DNA from: Callorhinchus milii
Taxonomy: Eukaryota
Assembly: GCF_018977255.1 (NCBI RefSeq)
Contig: NW_024704743.1
Coordinates: forward strand, 34,598,001-34,662,000
Direction: 5' to 3'
DNA: 64,000 nucleotides
In this document: positions 51,121 through 64,000 of the stretch, in pieces
How positions within the stretch are numbered: the stretch's first letter is position 1
Layout: each line of letters opens with the position of its first letter
The notes under the pieces: model-generated
Told to the model about the DNA's origin: nothing
The model's database searches: none
Seen by the model: the letters and a program-made list of their open reading frames with translations, nothing else
Program-made: the position numbers and the translations under genes

Positions 51121-52513
51121 CAGGCTGAAATAGTGTTCTGTCTTACTCCTGACTCCCTTAACCTTTGACCAAGTTTCAGCCATGATGAGTAGAACTTAAA
51201 GCTGAACCATAGCCTGAATAGGGTTTCAGGTAGCAGATCAGAATAAACATAAATATCAGAAGGTGTCCACACAGCTTTGAAGCAGAAATTAAGGCAGAAA
51301 GCTAATGGCGTCAGGTATTTGGGCCTTGAGACATCCTCCCGACGTGAAAGGTGTTTTACAAACATAATTTGTTGTTGTTGTATTGCTGCAGCATCAAAAG
51401 AATTGCTGTTGCAGGTTAATTGTTTTTCAATCTTTCCAAATAAAAGATTAAATCCAAACACAATGAGAAGTAAGTGGCTGAGAGACATTCTCCTGGGAAA
51501 ATACTTGATGGATTAGAGCAAGGAGTCACATGTTCAGGATTGTGAAGGAAATTGATATTTCCACAGAGGGTAATCGACAACTGAAATTGATTACAGAGAA
51601 GAGTGGTTAAGATCAGGGCATTTCAGAAACAGTTTGAAGCTGTAAATGGAAATGCAGTAGGGTTAGTTTCCTGAGAGGATACAATCAAATGGGCCAAAAT
51701 GCCTTCCTCACCTGAACATTTCTTGTGATCATGTGGTAATCTGCAGCATGACCAATCAGATGTTTGTTTTATATAGTCCCTATTATTGTATTTTATTTCC
51801 CTTTCCATGGTCTATCTCCCTATGTCAGCCCCAAGTAACATTCCCACCCGAAAATAGCAATCTGATTCCAGAGCACCGTTGGTGCTACCCTGTAACCAGC
51901 CGTTGTCAAACTCCTGAGAATACCTGTGCCGCACGGGACTCCCTTCATTTGTTTATGGAGATCCACCACCTCTGTTTGTCATTGTCGCTGATGGCATGGC
52001 TGTGACTGGGAACTTGATACAATATTTATTTCAAAGGTATTTCAGAGGGATTCAAGCATAATTAATTTTGCAACATCGCGATTCCTCCCTGGTTACTTTG
52101 AGGGGTAGAATCCAACCTCAGTTGGCAACATCCAAATCACTGCACGTGTGGTGTTTTCCAAGTTATAATAATAATAATCCTTGCATTTTGAGACATCTCA
52201 AATTGCATCACAGAATAGACTATAAAGTGAATTGACTGTATATTTGTGGGTGAAACGCGGCAGCCAATTGCGCACAACAGTGTCCCACAAACAGTCGTGG
52301 ATTGAAGTAACCGATTTATTATTTTTTTCTTGAGGGATTATGAGTCATAGCTTTGAACCTCTGGCCTCGAACCGTTCTGTATAGGAAGATAAACGGAGTC
52401 CTCTCTGTAGACATTTTGCCACAAACCTGACACATTATTAAAGTAACCAGCCTACTCTTTCTTTCTTTCTTTTTTTCTTTTCTTTCTTTCTTTCACCCTG
52501 GTGAGAACATTTG

Positions 52514-53022
52514 ATAATCCTTGCATTTGATATAGCACTTTTCACGTCTTCTAGACATCTCAAAGTGCTTCACAGAATATGCTGTAAAGTGAATTGACTG
52601 TATATTTGTGGGCGAACCCGGCAGCCAATTGAGCACAGCAGTGTCCCACAAACAGTCGTGGATTGAAAATGACAATTTGACAATTTGAAAATGTCAAAAT
52701 AATAATAAATTGGTCATTTTCAATCCACGACTGTTTGTGGGACACTGCTGTGCGCAATTGGCTGCCGCTTTTCACCCACAAATATACGGTCAATTCACTC
52801 TACAGTATATTCTGTGAAGCACTTTGAGACGTCGAGAAGACGTGAAAAGCACTATATCAAATGCAAGGATTATTATTATAATTTATTATTGTCTTGTTTT
52901 TGGAGGGATTATTATTAGGCATGTTGAGTAAGGAAACTTGCCCAAGGTTTCGCCTTGCCTGGAATTGAACCCAGGTGTCTCATTTGCAAGGCGAGTGCTC
53001 TGACCACTGAGCTACAGGACTC
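52514..53022. mobile_element. Minus-strand SINE interrupted by an inverted 3'-half copy of the same SINE
   Basis: Host 3' half 52514-52678 (-), insert about 52698-52879 (+), host 5' half 52880-53022 (-). Confidence 0.88.
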
Positions 53023-53164
53023 TACTCCCTTTTTTAAGCACTCTGAGACGCTACCCTGCGTGGATGGCATTATATAAGTGCTAGTTGTTGTTGTTGTTAT
53101 AATAATAATAATAATAATCACACAATGTAGCAAACTGTGCTACAGTTCCACGGGTGCTTAGCCA

Positions 53165-53440
53165 CCCTCCAGTAACTTGCCAAAATGACCATTATTCAGG
53201 CTGAGCGCTCAAGATGAGTATCGGCAGGTTATTCAACCACGGGTCTGAGGGAAAGAGATATCATCAATGCCCAAATATCTGCTTTCCAGCGAGGGGGTGG
53301 AGGGGACGTGTGACAAGATAGCGATCAGAAGCAGAAATGCTACCATATTCATACCCTCTGGCTCAAGGGAATTAAGGTTAACTCTAGCACCTCAACTGTT
53401 GCCCCATCTGAGATGAGCTAACTCAGTACTGACCAATGGC
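53165..53440 (-). mobile_element. Old SINE-like family related to the inverted-repeat arms (other fragments at about 49480-49900, 59920-60040, 61840-61900)
   Basis: Shared blocks ctttccagc, gatagcga.cag, agcta..tca; heavily diverged. Confidence 0.45.
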
Positions 53441-54146
53441 TCCTCTGTCACATTATGGCCTGGGTAATTTAGTGCAGATCCATATCAATGTTTTTTCCCT
53501 TCTGGATCATTGGGGAAGCTCTGGTCACATGTACTCTGAAGTGAGCTAGAAAGTCTATTCTCAGAACACAATCAGAACATTTCTCAAATTGGAAAGATCC
53601 ACCCACAAGATATTGTAGAATAAGATTCTTGATTGCACAGTGGATGAAAACAAGTGTCAAAGTTTTTATGGGATATTATTAAAATTTGTTGTGTTTGTTT
53701 TTCCAAAGGCAGATAATTATTGTGTATGAATCATATAAAGCTCAGTTGTTGTGGCAGCAACCAGCAGGTACAGACTTGAAGAAAGTAAACAGTGTTTTAT
53801 TTTCGCCAATTACCTTAGCAACATCAAAACTGATTAAAACATTCTCAGCTTCTAAGTGCTGAAGTAACACTCAGGTCTCTAATAAGTAATCTAACAGAGG
53901 TTTACACTGAATTGTCAAGTTAATGTAAATTGTCTACAAATATTTAACTTCAATGGGGCTGTTGTATGGTTTAAAGTGCTTCACAGGTAATTGTGGTTAA
54001 GTGTAGTGACAGTGTTTTGGTGGCAAACCTGGGAGTAATTTTGCATACAGCAAGGTCCTTCAAACAGCCATGAAGTGATTGACTAATTTATCTGGAGGAT
54101 TGTTGGCCAGGACATTGAGGGTAAACTTCCTTATCTTTTCAAATAA

Positions 54147-54480
54147 TGTTCTGGATGAGTTCTGACTTTCTACAGCTTATTGTCGACAAGATGGAGGCTC
54201 TCGTGCTTGCTCCCGTCAGCCCCTTCTCACCTCAAGGGAGAGTGTATCGATCTGCATGTTGTGCTCACTCCACCTCAGAGAACTGGTGTGGAACCTTGCT
54301 GTCTTGTTCGACTCCCAACTGTCCTACGAACCTTACATGTGGGCTCTTGCTAGCTCTGCTTTTCCTTACCTTTGCAACATCGCTTACCTCCACCGCCACC
54401 CCTCCCAGCTATGGAGACTCTCATCCAAGCTTTCACCAGCTTCAGGTTCAATTATTCAAACAATCTGCTGGCTACGAGCT
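54147..54480 (+). mobile_element. Old L2 RT fragment
   Basis: WMSSDFLQLIVDKMEAL, VWNLAVLFDSQLS, METLIQAFTSFRFNYSN. Confidence 0.75.
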
Positions 54481-55199
54481 CCTCCTACTCAAAATGCAAA
54501 GCTTATTCTCTCCTCTCCGATATCCTCAAAGCAGGGAACTTTGAACAGCACTCACAAGGCAACAATCCTGGATATCCCATTCCCTCCTCTCCCTCTGGCA
54601 TAGCTCAGAACCACTAGGGTTAATAGTTGTGCCCGCCTGCTGCCCCAATGTACAGACCTTTGCCATTAGTTACGTATTATTATTACAAATCTATTCCTTC
54701 TGGAAACTTCTAAATTGCTAAAGAATATTAATGCACATTTAACAGCACAAACTGTTTCTTATGTTGCCTCATTGCTAACCTACAATAATACTGTAGGATA
54801 ATTCAGTGAAATCTTTCTCTCGCATTCTGCCTGTGTTTCGTCCATCATTCACTTCATGACTGATTACAGAATGCTGCTAGGTGCAAATGAACTGCTGCGT
54901 TTGCCTACAAAATAAACATTTGTTGTATTTTACAGTAAGCTCTGTGAAGCACTTTGAGCCATTTTGACATTATAGGCGCTATTTCAAATACAAGGACTGT
55001 TGTCGCAATCTGGGCCTAGGTTTACACTAGGTTTACACTTCTGATGAGATGTTTTCTATGCGCATCCTCACAATATTTGCCGTTTGTCAGGTTATTTTAC
55101 TTTGGGAGAGGAGGGCACTGCAGGCAAGCTTGATCCTGTCCTTCACAGGATTCACAGGATTTATTGTAAACCATACTGACTGTGGATTTGTCTGGCTGA

Positions 55200-55500
55200 C
55201 ATACAGCAATATCCCAAACAACCATTAAGTGAATGACCAATTTTTATCTGGAGGATTGTTGGTCAGGCCATCGCAAAAACTACCTTCTCTTTTTGAATAA
55301 TGTCATGGGATTTTTAACGTTCAGCTGAATAGGCAGCCAGGGCCTTGATTTAACATCTTATTCGAAAGATGGCACTTCCAATAAAGCTCTCCCAGCTCTG
55401 CACTGGAATTTCAGCCTAGGAGCTCAAAATCTCATTACGGGGCTTGAACTCAAAATTTTCTGATTCAGAGGTGAGAGTGCTACCAACTGAGCCAAACTAT
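55200..55500 (-). mobile_element. Deu-domain SINE (further partial copies at about 18540-18725, 42062-42275, 44300-44555, 53965-54146)
   Basis: Core and head homologous to 16926-17345. Confidence 0.72.
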
Positions 55501-58500
55501 CACCTAATTACAAAATTAGATTAACCTCTTATATAGTACTTTATGATCGGCCGAATGGTGTCCTCTATAATTCTATGATTCCCCTCTTGCAAAATTTACT
55601 TATGCAGCAGGTATTCACTTCCTTCTGAAAATTAACAAAATGAGGAAGAGACCATGACAGTTCACATTGTGTATGGTTTACTGGCAAGTTGAATGAGTCA
55701 AATTGGAATTTCGTACTTTTGTATGTTTTTCATGCCTATTGTCTAGCTGAAATATTTAAGTATTGTGTTCAATTGCCAAGTTTGCTTTCTGAGACTATCT
55801 TACTGCCAGCATGCGGCTGATTACAGCTCTCTTAAGCTTGTTTCTTTTGGGGGAGATTTATCACTTCATCCGTGATCTATAGCTTTGGATCGTGCTCATT
55901 TCACCCACAAAAGAGTAAATACCATTGAGTGGGCAGTTAAAGACAAATGTAGATTAATCTCTTACATAGCAGCCAAGCACCAGTTAATGACTCTTTCTTC
56001 CATAAATCTTGGATGAATCATAATTTAAGGATAAAATAAAAGTTGGAGATACCATGGAAACATATTTCATTCCTGCAATCATGAACCACTTTTTACATTA
56101 ATGGAGTGGAAACTTTAACCTTTCTGAACTTTTTGTTGTAAAATATTGTATGTGGATATACCCACCAACAACTTGGATTTATATAGTGCCCTTCATGCGG
56201 ATAGCATCTCGGAGTGCTGGAAAAGCAACGCAAAGTAGAATATTAAGACATATAACACAAGCAAGGAATGCCTCTTTGGTTCTTTATTGCTACTGTACAT
56301 AAGGATTTTTGGCGATACAATAATAATAATTGTTGCATTTTATAGAGTGGGCTTCATGGACATCAGGACATCTCAAAAGCTTCACAGGATTTACTGTAGA
56401 GTGTAGGTTGTGTGTTTTGTAGGTGATCAGTGATTCGAAAAAATAGCGCTGGATTTTACTGACTGAATGATCCAAATGGTTCTTCTGGTGGAGATGGAAC
56501 AACACAATAACCTTGTTTTTTTGTTGTTTTTTTGGGCAGCTGGGGATCTGACACATACAGAAACCCATCACCATGCTTAAGAGTACCCAAACCAAGCTGA
56601 GATTTCCATGCATCCCACCTACAAATGGAAATTCCAGAGATAGATTGTTGGATTGGAACACACGCTCACTCCCTGGAGGGACACATCCTGCTTCCCTAAC
56701 TCCGGAAGTTTTAGGTGCAGGCTGGTAAGAGCCAAGGCTTGGGGACCCTAGAGTGTGCGTTGGTTATTACTGGAGTCTAACCAGCTAAAACCGCATAGCT
56801 TGCCACAGATGTCACTGCCTGGAAATTTTTCCCGCTGTTTGTCCAGCTAGGACCACCCTACCCACTAGTGCTGTAGCTTGCAAGGTTAATGGGAGCTGAG
56901 TGGGATGAGTCCCTGCCCTCAGTGATTGGTCGATGAGCCAGGATGGCTGTGCTGTCATCTTTGGACTCCCCTGGCTCAGGAACTGGATTCCCGAAACCAC
57001 CACAGAGGGCTGGCTCGATTCCGACATTTTATTGCCAGGTATTTCATCTTGGAGCCAGTTTAGCTTACCTCCTCCCTAAGGAGGATAGTCACTAGTTGGT
57101 CGTTCGACATCCAACAAGAGTGGGCTTGAGCCCTCACTAGATGGATGGTAGGTACAAAGAACTCCCTGTGAGCTTCCAGGTGGGTAATGTATTTCAGCCT
57201 GAAACGCGAGACAGCATTGCCACCGTCTTCCTATCTGCAGCTCGGGCAGACACCCCTTCCCATTGAGTGGTGGTTCCACCAATTGGAGGTGTGGAGTTTA
57301 AGTAGCAGCTGCTTGCCTCTCTGCAGGCCAAACAAGGAAACCGGGAAGATGGATTCCAAGTTACAGGAGTCAAACATTCTCATTGTACTTTCTTTATCGC
57401 CAGAAAAAAAGAAGGGGAGGCTGGAAGATGTGTTTTATACAGGGGTTCTTCGAATGTGGAGTCTATTACCACAAATGACTGTTGAAAGGTAATTGGATAA
57501 ATACTTGAGGGAAACTAATATTCAAGTGTAATAGGAAGGAAATGGGATTGGAACTCAATTGGGAGAGTTAGTACCAGTGCAGACAAGATGAATTGAATTC
57601 CTTCTGCACTGTTAGCATTCAACAATTCTACAATTTTCTATGTAAATAATAATTAATTACTTACAAACTATTTATTTGATAAAAATTATAATATTGTAAT
57701 AATAATCCTTACACTTAGTATATCGCCTTTCACTTCAGGAGGATATTGCAAAGTTCCTTATAGGATATACTGTAAAATGCTGTGACTATAGTTTTGGGGC
57801 GAACAAACAGCGATGAAGTGAATAATCAATTTTATTGTGCCATTCACTTTGAATCCTTTTTGGTGTCACCCATCGTTGCCTCTCACTTGTGAGACGAGTG
57901 CGCTAACCACTATGCTACAGGAAACGGGATGTTTTGCTCTCCCTTTCCTCACTTCCACAACTCTAGGTTACAATGATTCAGAACTGGGCTAAAAAGCGGT
58001 TCAGAGCAGAGATAAAATAGGGGGATTCCTTTAGAATGTGACAAATGACTGGGCTGGGCAGCAGCGGGCACTGTGTGGTTAGTCAACAATGCTAGAAATG
58101 CAGAAATTAAAGCTGTTAAGAACCAGAGATTCACACAGATATTTCTCCAGTGTGCAAAAGAAAGAGTTCAGAAGGGGTGGAGAGAATTATTTGCTTCCCC
58201 CCACAAATCAATGGAAGACTGTAAAATGCACACACTTCGTTCCCGAGAAGACTAATAGGGTTTGATATGTTACCATTATCCCTGTAGTACTGAGTATCCT
58301 GAGGAAAAGTTATTTACAAAGCTGATGTTCATTTGTGGCAAGACTTCAAAGGAAAGAGTGAGGCAACGGTGTGGGGGGAGTCCCTAAGGACTCTACAGTA
58401 TTGTGATTTATATAAACCATGTAGTGCTAATGAAACATCAGGGGATAATGTGTACAATAGCCCACTCACTGACAAATACATTCATGGGTTTGAAATGTTA

Positions 58501-60040
58501 AGTATCAAGAAACACAGAGAATACTCATATGTTCAATTGTAAATTGTGAACTGTGACTTTATTTTCTGGCTGCAAATGTGGAACAGCTGAAAATCCTAGA
58601 GTAACAACTCTATGTAACATTGTGCTTGATCTAATGCTCCACTCTAACACTTTCGGATAGTCAAGGAAAGTTCTCTATGTGATATTGCTTAAGATTCAGG
58701 CTTATCCCAGTTATCTTCCACATTGCGCTTGTCAGATGTGAAATGACAAATTATTAATATAATTTTTAATCTTTGTTTTTGGCACAGCATCCTCTAACTC
58801 ATTGAAAGGTCTCAAAGCATTTCACAAGATTTGCTGCAAAGTGTAGAGCCTGTATATTTGTAGATGAATGAAGCAGCCAATTTGCGCACAAAAGCTCATC
58901 AGATAGTGGTCTCAATGGTCAACAATGTGGTTTTGGTTAAATTCCAGCAGTACCCAACACACGCTCCAGCATTCCCAAAACTTGGCTCTCGCTAACTTGC
59001 ACCTAATACTTTCCAGAATTAGGTGAAAAGCTTCTGTCCCTCTAAAGAGAGGGTGCACATTCCATTCAGGAAAATTTCCATTGTAGGTGGAGTACATCTG
59101 GGGATCTATCGGTCCGGTATGAATACTCTTAGGTATCCACATGTGCCAGACACTCAGCTGACCAATGAAAGAACATAGAGGAAAGTACTTAAGACTCAGC
59201 TATATTCCACACAGAGAATCAAGTTTGGCTGGAGCAAAATCCCCAGTGCATAGTGCAACATTGCCAAACTTCTAAAACCTGAACAAATGGAACTGGTTAG
59301 GATTTGGATTTGTGCCCAACTGCCTGGTGCCTTAGATTGTGTGCCCTTGGAGATATCATCCTGAGGAAATAATTTATCTGAAGTCACCAGGAATGATTCT
59401 CCGAAAGTCAGTAGATTCGCAGACTTTGGGCAAGATAAATTCATAAATGTGGTATAGCACTTGGAACCGAATTGTATAGTATGTTGTATAATGGAACTTG
59501 CTCTTTTACAAACATGTTTTCTGTTTGTCATCCCGCAGTTGCATTTAAGATTTCGAAACAATATCATGTTGTAAAATTAGTTTGATTTTACTTTGGTGAT
59601 CATTTTGGTATCATGTTTTAAATGTTAAGTCATGGAGAGGGCAAGGTTGACTGTGTGTGAGTGTGTGTGTGCATGTGGTGAGTGGGAAAGGGAGAGGTAA
59701 GTGGATGACTAGGAAGATGCAGTCATCTCAGTCCCACAGTTGTTTTTGCTTTGATGTTTCATGCTGGAGCTGCTGATGTGCCACAAGGCAGAAATAGATT
59801 TGTGAAGATGTGAGGTCAGGTCATATCTATTTCTTTTCAAATTTTCTAATTTCCTCTTCTGCAGGTAATGACTGATCATTGGTTCAATACCCAGCATTAT
59901 TTTGTCAGTGCTTCACTGAGTGACCATTCTTCATGCTTAAGTCAAGTGACTCTCAGCCAGCAGGTTATTTATGATGGGAGGGGGCTAGTCTAATGCTGTA
60001 CTCAACTAAGATCTGATATTCCACCTTGTCCTAGCTAGTA

Positions 60041-60230
60041 CAACAACAACAACTTTGATTTATATAGTGCCCTCCACACGGGACAGCATCTCAGAGCGCT
60101 TCACAGTAACGGATCCCGGGGGCGAGCCAGAGAGAGGGGGAGGAAGGTGACCAAAGGCGTGGTTGAAAAGCAAGGTCTTCAGCCGAGACCTGAAAGTAGG
60201 AAGAGAGGGGACGAGGCAAAGGGAGTGAGT
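60041..60230 (-). mobile_element. L2 3' end
   Basis: (CAA)n tail; its reverse complement resembles 43470-43632. Confidence 0.75.
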
Positions 60231-61415
60231 AAGGTAGTAAGACTAATTTGCCTTGATATTCAAGATTGTGTTAAATTGTGGAAAATTCTTAAGTTCAGCC
60301 TTAGTTTGGAAGTTGTTTCATTTTAAGAATTGCAGAACGAGCTTCCAAATTAAGACCAAATTTAAGAATTTTCCACTTGCAAAAATTGCGACACCTGCGC
60401 TCTTTTCCAGATTGACAGGACAGTAATCTGGAGAATGAACTTGTGTCTGATCTGTTTCTTTGCCTATCCCAGAAGCAAGAAAACTAATTAGATCAATGAC
60501 CTTAGCATAGACCAAGAATCAATCCTGGGAAATTCTTCATCACTCAGTGATGCATACCGCAAAGTATTTAATCCATTGGCATTTTGCCCACAAATATAGT
60601 CAAATCACTTTACAGCATATTCTGTGAAGCGCTTTGAGACGTCTAGAAGATGTGAAAAGCACTATATCAAATGCAAGGATTATTATTATTATTTTTTTTA
60701 TTATTATATTATTAGTATTATTATCAGAGTGAAAATATTAGAAGTCTTTAGTTCCCCATACATTGATTGAAATTGTCTGTACAGTACCGAGTCTGTGCAT
60801 TTGCATTGAATCTATTTACACTCCATGCACAGTTCTGTTACAGCCAGTATAATTCGCCCACAAATGTACAGTCAATTCACTTTACAGCATATTCTGTGAA
60901 GCACTTTGAGACGTCGAGAAGACGTGAAAAGCACTATATCAAATGCAAGGATTATTATTTTATTATTATTATTATTATATTATTATTATTAACTGCATTT
61001 TCAGGGCTGTGATACAGCTTAATTGCTTTCATTTATGCTTGTGTGTGCGGAATCCTGTGAGCACCACAACTCATGGCTTGTATAGAGAATGGATATGCCA
61101 CTGAGAAAGGGCTTATTGCTGCCCTCCTGCTGCAGCACTGATACCATGAACGAAATTCAGTTTAGCTTCTGACATAGGTTTGCACCAGTTCATTAAAACT
61201 AATAGGAGTCCTGAGCTATTGTAATCCTCGGATGTTCATGAAAAATTGCTAATTGAGAAACCAACGTATGTAAATAGATGTAAATAGCGCTGGGGCTGTA
61301 GAACCTGGTTTGTTCAGCGACAATTTAAAATTGCTTTTCCTCTCCTGATCTGACGGCCAAGACTCATGCTCAAGACCCCATCCCTAGTGGCCATTGCTCA
61401 CACAGCAGCCTAGGC

Positions 61416-61451
<36 letters not shown>

Positions 61452-61754
61452 CCTTGCATTTGATATAGCGCTTTTCACGTCAGGAGGACGTCCCAAAGCG
61501 CTTCACAGAACACACTGTAAAGTGAATTGACTGTATATTTGTGGGTGAACGCGGCAGCCAATTGCGCACAGCAATGTCCCACAAACAGTCGTAGATTGAA
61601 AATGACCCATTTATTATTGTTTTTGGTTTTGGAGGGATTATTATTAGGCGTGTGGAGTAAGGAAACTTGCCCAAGGTTTCGCCCTCTGCCTGGAATTGAA
61701 CTCAGGTCTCTCACTTGCAAAGCGAGTGCTCTAACCACTGAGCTACAGGACTCC
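61416..61754 (-). mobile_element. Young full-length tRNA-derived SINE with a long (TTA)n tail
   Basis: Reverse complement matches 25849-26173. Confidence 0.92.
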
Positions 61755-64000
61755 AATGTGTCAGCAACCTTACTCAACCAGTTTGGCCAATCCAAACTTT
61801 TGGGCCTCTGGCATCTACATACACATACTTTCATGAAGAATCCCTGGAGAGCGATCTGGAGCAGGAAAGCCTGGCTGATCATTCCCTTTCCTAACCCCCC
61901 CACTGGTGCTCTGGGGGTGATCATCTAACTCTTCAGACCTGGGATTCTCCTGTCTGGGCTCCACAATGGACAGTGAGTGTACAGTGCTTATCATGTTAGT
62001 CATCAGAGCGTCCTTTTATTCATCTCTATCAAATTGATTTGAAAGTTTGGGGCTCAATACCACCCTCCCCTCAGACAAGAGTGTCTCTGTGTGCTTCAGA
62101 ATGAAACGGCTGAAGCAAGTCAACACAATTCTCTAAAGTCCTTCTTAATAACTTCTGCCCACCAACCCCTCCTGATTTTATAACTAGCAATTTATTCCAA
62201 AGTACAACTCTTCTCAACAAAGTTGTGATGATTTTATTAATCCGACAGGGGCAAAATTATAGGAGAGCACTGAGCTCACTGAATATGTTAAGAAACCAGG
62301 GAAGCTGTATAGGAAAATTAGTGGGTGGGAGAGAGCTGAAATAGCTTTAGCATGGGTAGTGATTTAGAGCAAAGATCAATCCTTTTAAGCTCCAACCTGC
62401 CTTTGCACAGTAATAACCATGTAGTTTAGACTGACAGCTATTTGCACTCCGCTATACAATACTCTACAGAGCTATACCGCACCATACACACTGCATGTTC
62501 AGTCAGGAAACCCACCGGCTTCTCTGACCTCTCATTCACGGACGCCAAAAGAAAATTATGACTTTAGCTTGAACATGACAGCAATCCTCAGCTGTTTTAT
62601 CTAGGAAAGTATTCTCTTTTTGTTGGGCTATTAGTTTCACAGGCTGATTCTGGCTTGCCTGCATCAGCCAAGGGTTCACTCAATGCCTTTAGCTTTCCTC
62701 CAATGCATCGATTTACTGATTGCATAGTGAGCGATACAGACAGCAGATCAAATGCATAGTTACTCCCGAGGAGAAGAAGGCATGAGTGTAAATCCGAGGG
62801 TAGAACAACGCTTACTCATGTTTCGGTTGTTTCTTTAATCAAGTCAAATCTCAGCCCCTTTGTGTTCATAGACTGATAAAAGTTCAGTTTTTTTTCTCTT
62901 GAGATGAACACATAAATTTAAGAACTAAGCCAAAATCTCACTGTGTTATTAAGTTTAAGAGGGAGCATAGCAATTTTCATGAATTATAGCTGGCACAAAT
63001 TCCACTCTATGGTTATACTCTATGGTAATTGCCTCCAAGATGTGCTGTCCATTGAAATTCTATTTGGTGTGCTTAGCAGACAGGAAATACTGTATTGTTT
63101 TGTGATGCAAAATTAAGTTAGGAAAGAACTAAGTGTTGTATTGAAGAGAAGGGAAGGTGTGAGGTGGGGGGGCAAGAGGTGTGATTTTAGTTTGACTGAA
63201 TTTTGGCAGTAAAGCTGAATTTAAACATTACAAAGTGACCTGAAGTGAAAAGACAGCCAAGGTTGAGACACTGGTGGTTGAACCAATTCTGGCACCAGAG
63301 ACCTCTTCCACCATTGCTGTCAATGCTGTCACTAAACAGTTACCTGATCTGCCCCTGCAAATGTTTGGAACTCGGGACGTGTTGCATATATGACGCAAAG
63401 ATGTCAGATGCCATGTGCATGCAATCAAGGAGCCTTTACCCAATCAGTCTAATGACTAAATAAGGTGAATGAGCAAAGTGGACTGACATCACATCCATCT
63501 GCTGATGTCTGCTACCTTTATTCATGTAAGAAAAACTTAGAAAGATCTTACATTGTTATAGTACCCTAATATCTCTTCAGGCTGGACTGCTGTGGAACCC
63601 GTAGTGTAGAATTGAAACGGATCCTAATTGAAACTAAATCAATCAGGCTGTGCACAGCTAGAGCAGACATGTTAAATTAATATCCACCAATAGCTTTGCT
63701 TTTCTGACACTAATAAGATTTACAATGAGGGATTCAGCAGAATCCAGTGTGACTCAGACCCCGGGATCTTTGAGCTGTACAACAGTTAATTCACTTTACA
63801 ATATATTTCGTAAAGCGATTTGAGATGTCTCAAAGATTTAATAAAGCACTATAACAAATGCAAGGATTAAAACAATTTAACAGTGTTTTTTTGGTGCGAA
63901 GGGAATGCACACAGGTATTCAGCCTGAAGGTAATTTTCAAGCTGTGGCATCCTTCACTGTGGCATCCTTCATAGTCTAGTGCAGTGATGGCCTGTGGACT

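Noticed and set aside
47100..64000. Possible additional gene upstream of SLC22A23
   Set aside because: No recognisable protein homology or consistent exon chain; only repeats and unique non-coding sequence.
1..64000. CRISPR array, operon or prokaryotic defence system
   Set aside because: The sequence is eukaryotic with spliceosomal introns; the repeats are dispersed retroelements, not regularly spaced direct repeats.

Overview
Vertebrate genomic DNA, probably from a cartilaginous fish (chimaera/shark-type repeat content; species inferred, not established). Two protein-coding genes lie tail-to-tail. The last coding exon of PSMG4 is on the + strand (1021-1142). The complete coding region of the orphan transporter SLC22A23 is on the - strand (46175->5438): nine GT-AG exons with consistent phases, 1821 nt, 606 aa plus stop. 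The rest is intronic or intergenic and densely filled with retroelements: a young tRNA-Ala-like SINE, Deu-domain SINEs, L2 and CR1 LINE fragments, Penelope-like termini and an unclassified repeat. Nearly all ORFs in the supplied track are repeat-derived or spurious. I found no clearly new biological system. The best leads are: a ~320-bp inverted duplication in intron 3; a SINE nested in inverted orientation at its own homologous position; a candidate intronic alternative terminal exon with a polyA signal; an Arg in TM11 of SLC22A23; inverted L2 copies bracketing exons 2-3 (possible circRNA); a decayed hammerhead ribozyme; and an antisense promoter-like cassette upstream of a long L2. Comparisons with human proteins and repeat consensus sequences are from memory and need database confirmation. 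Repeat boundaries are approximate.
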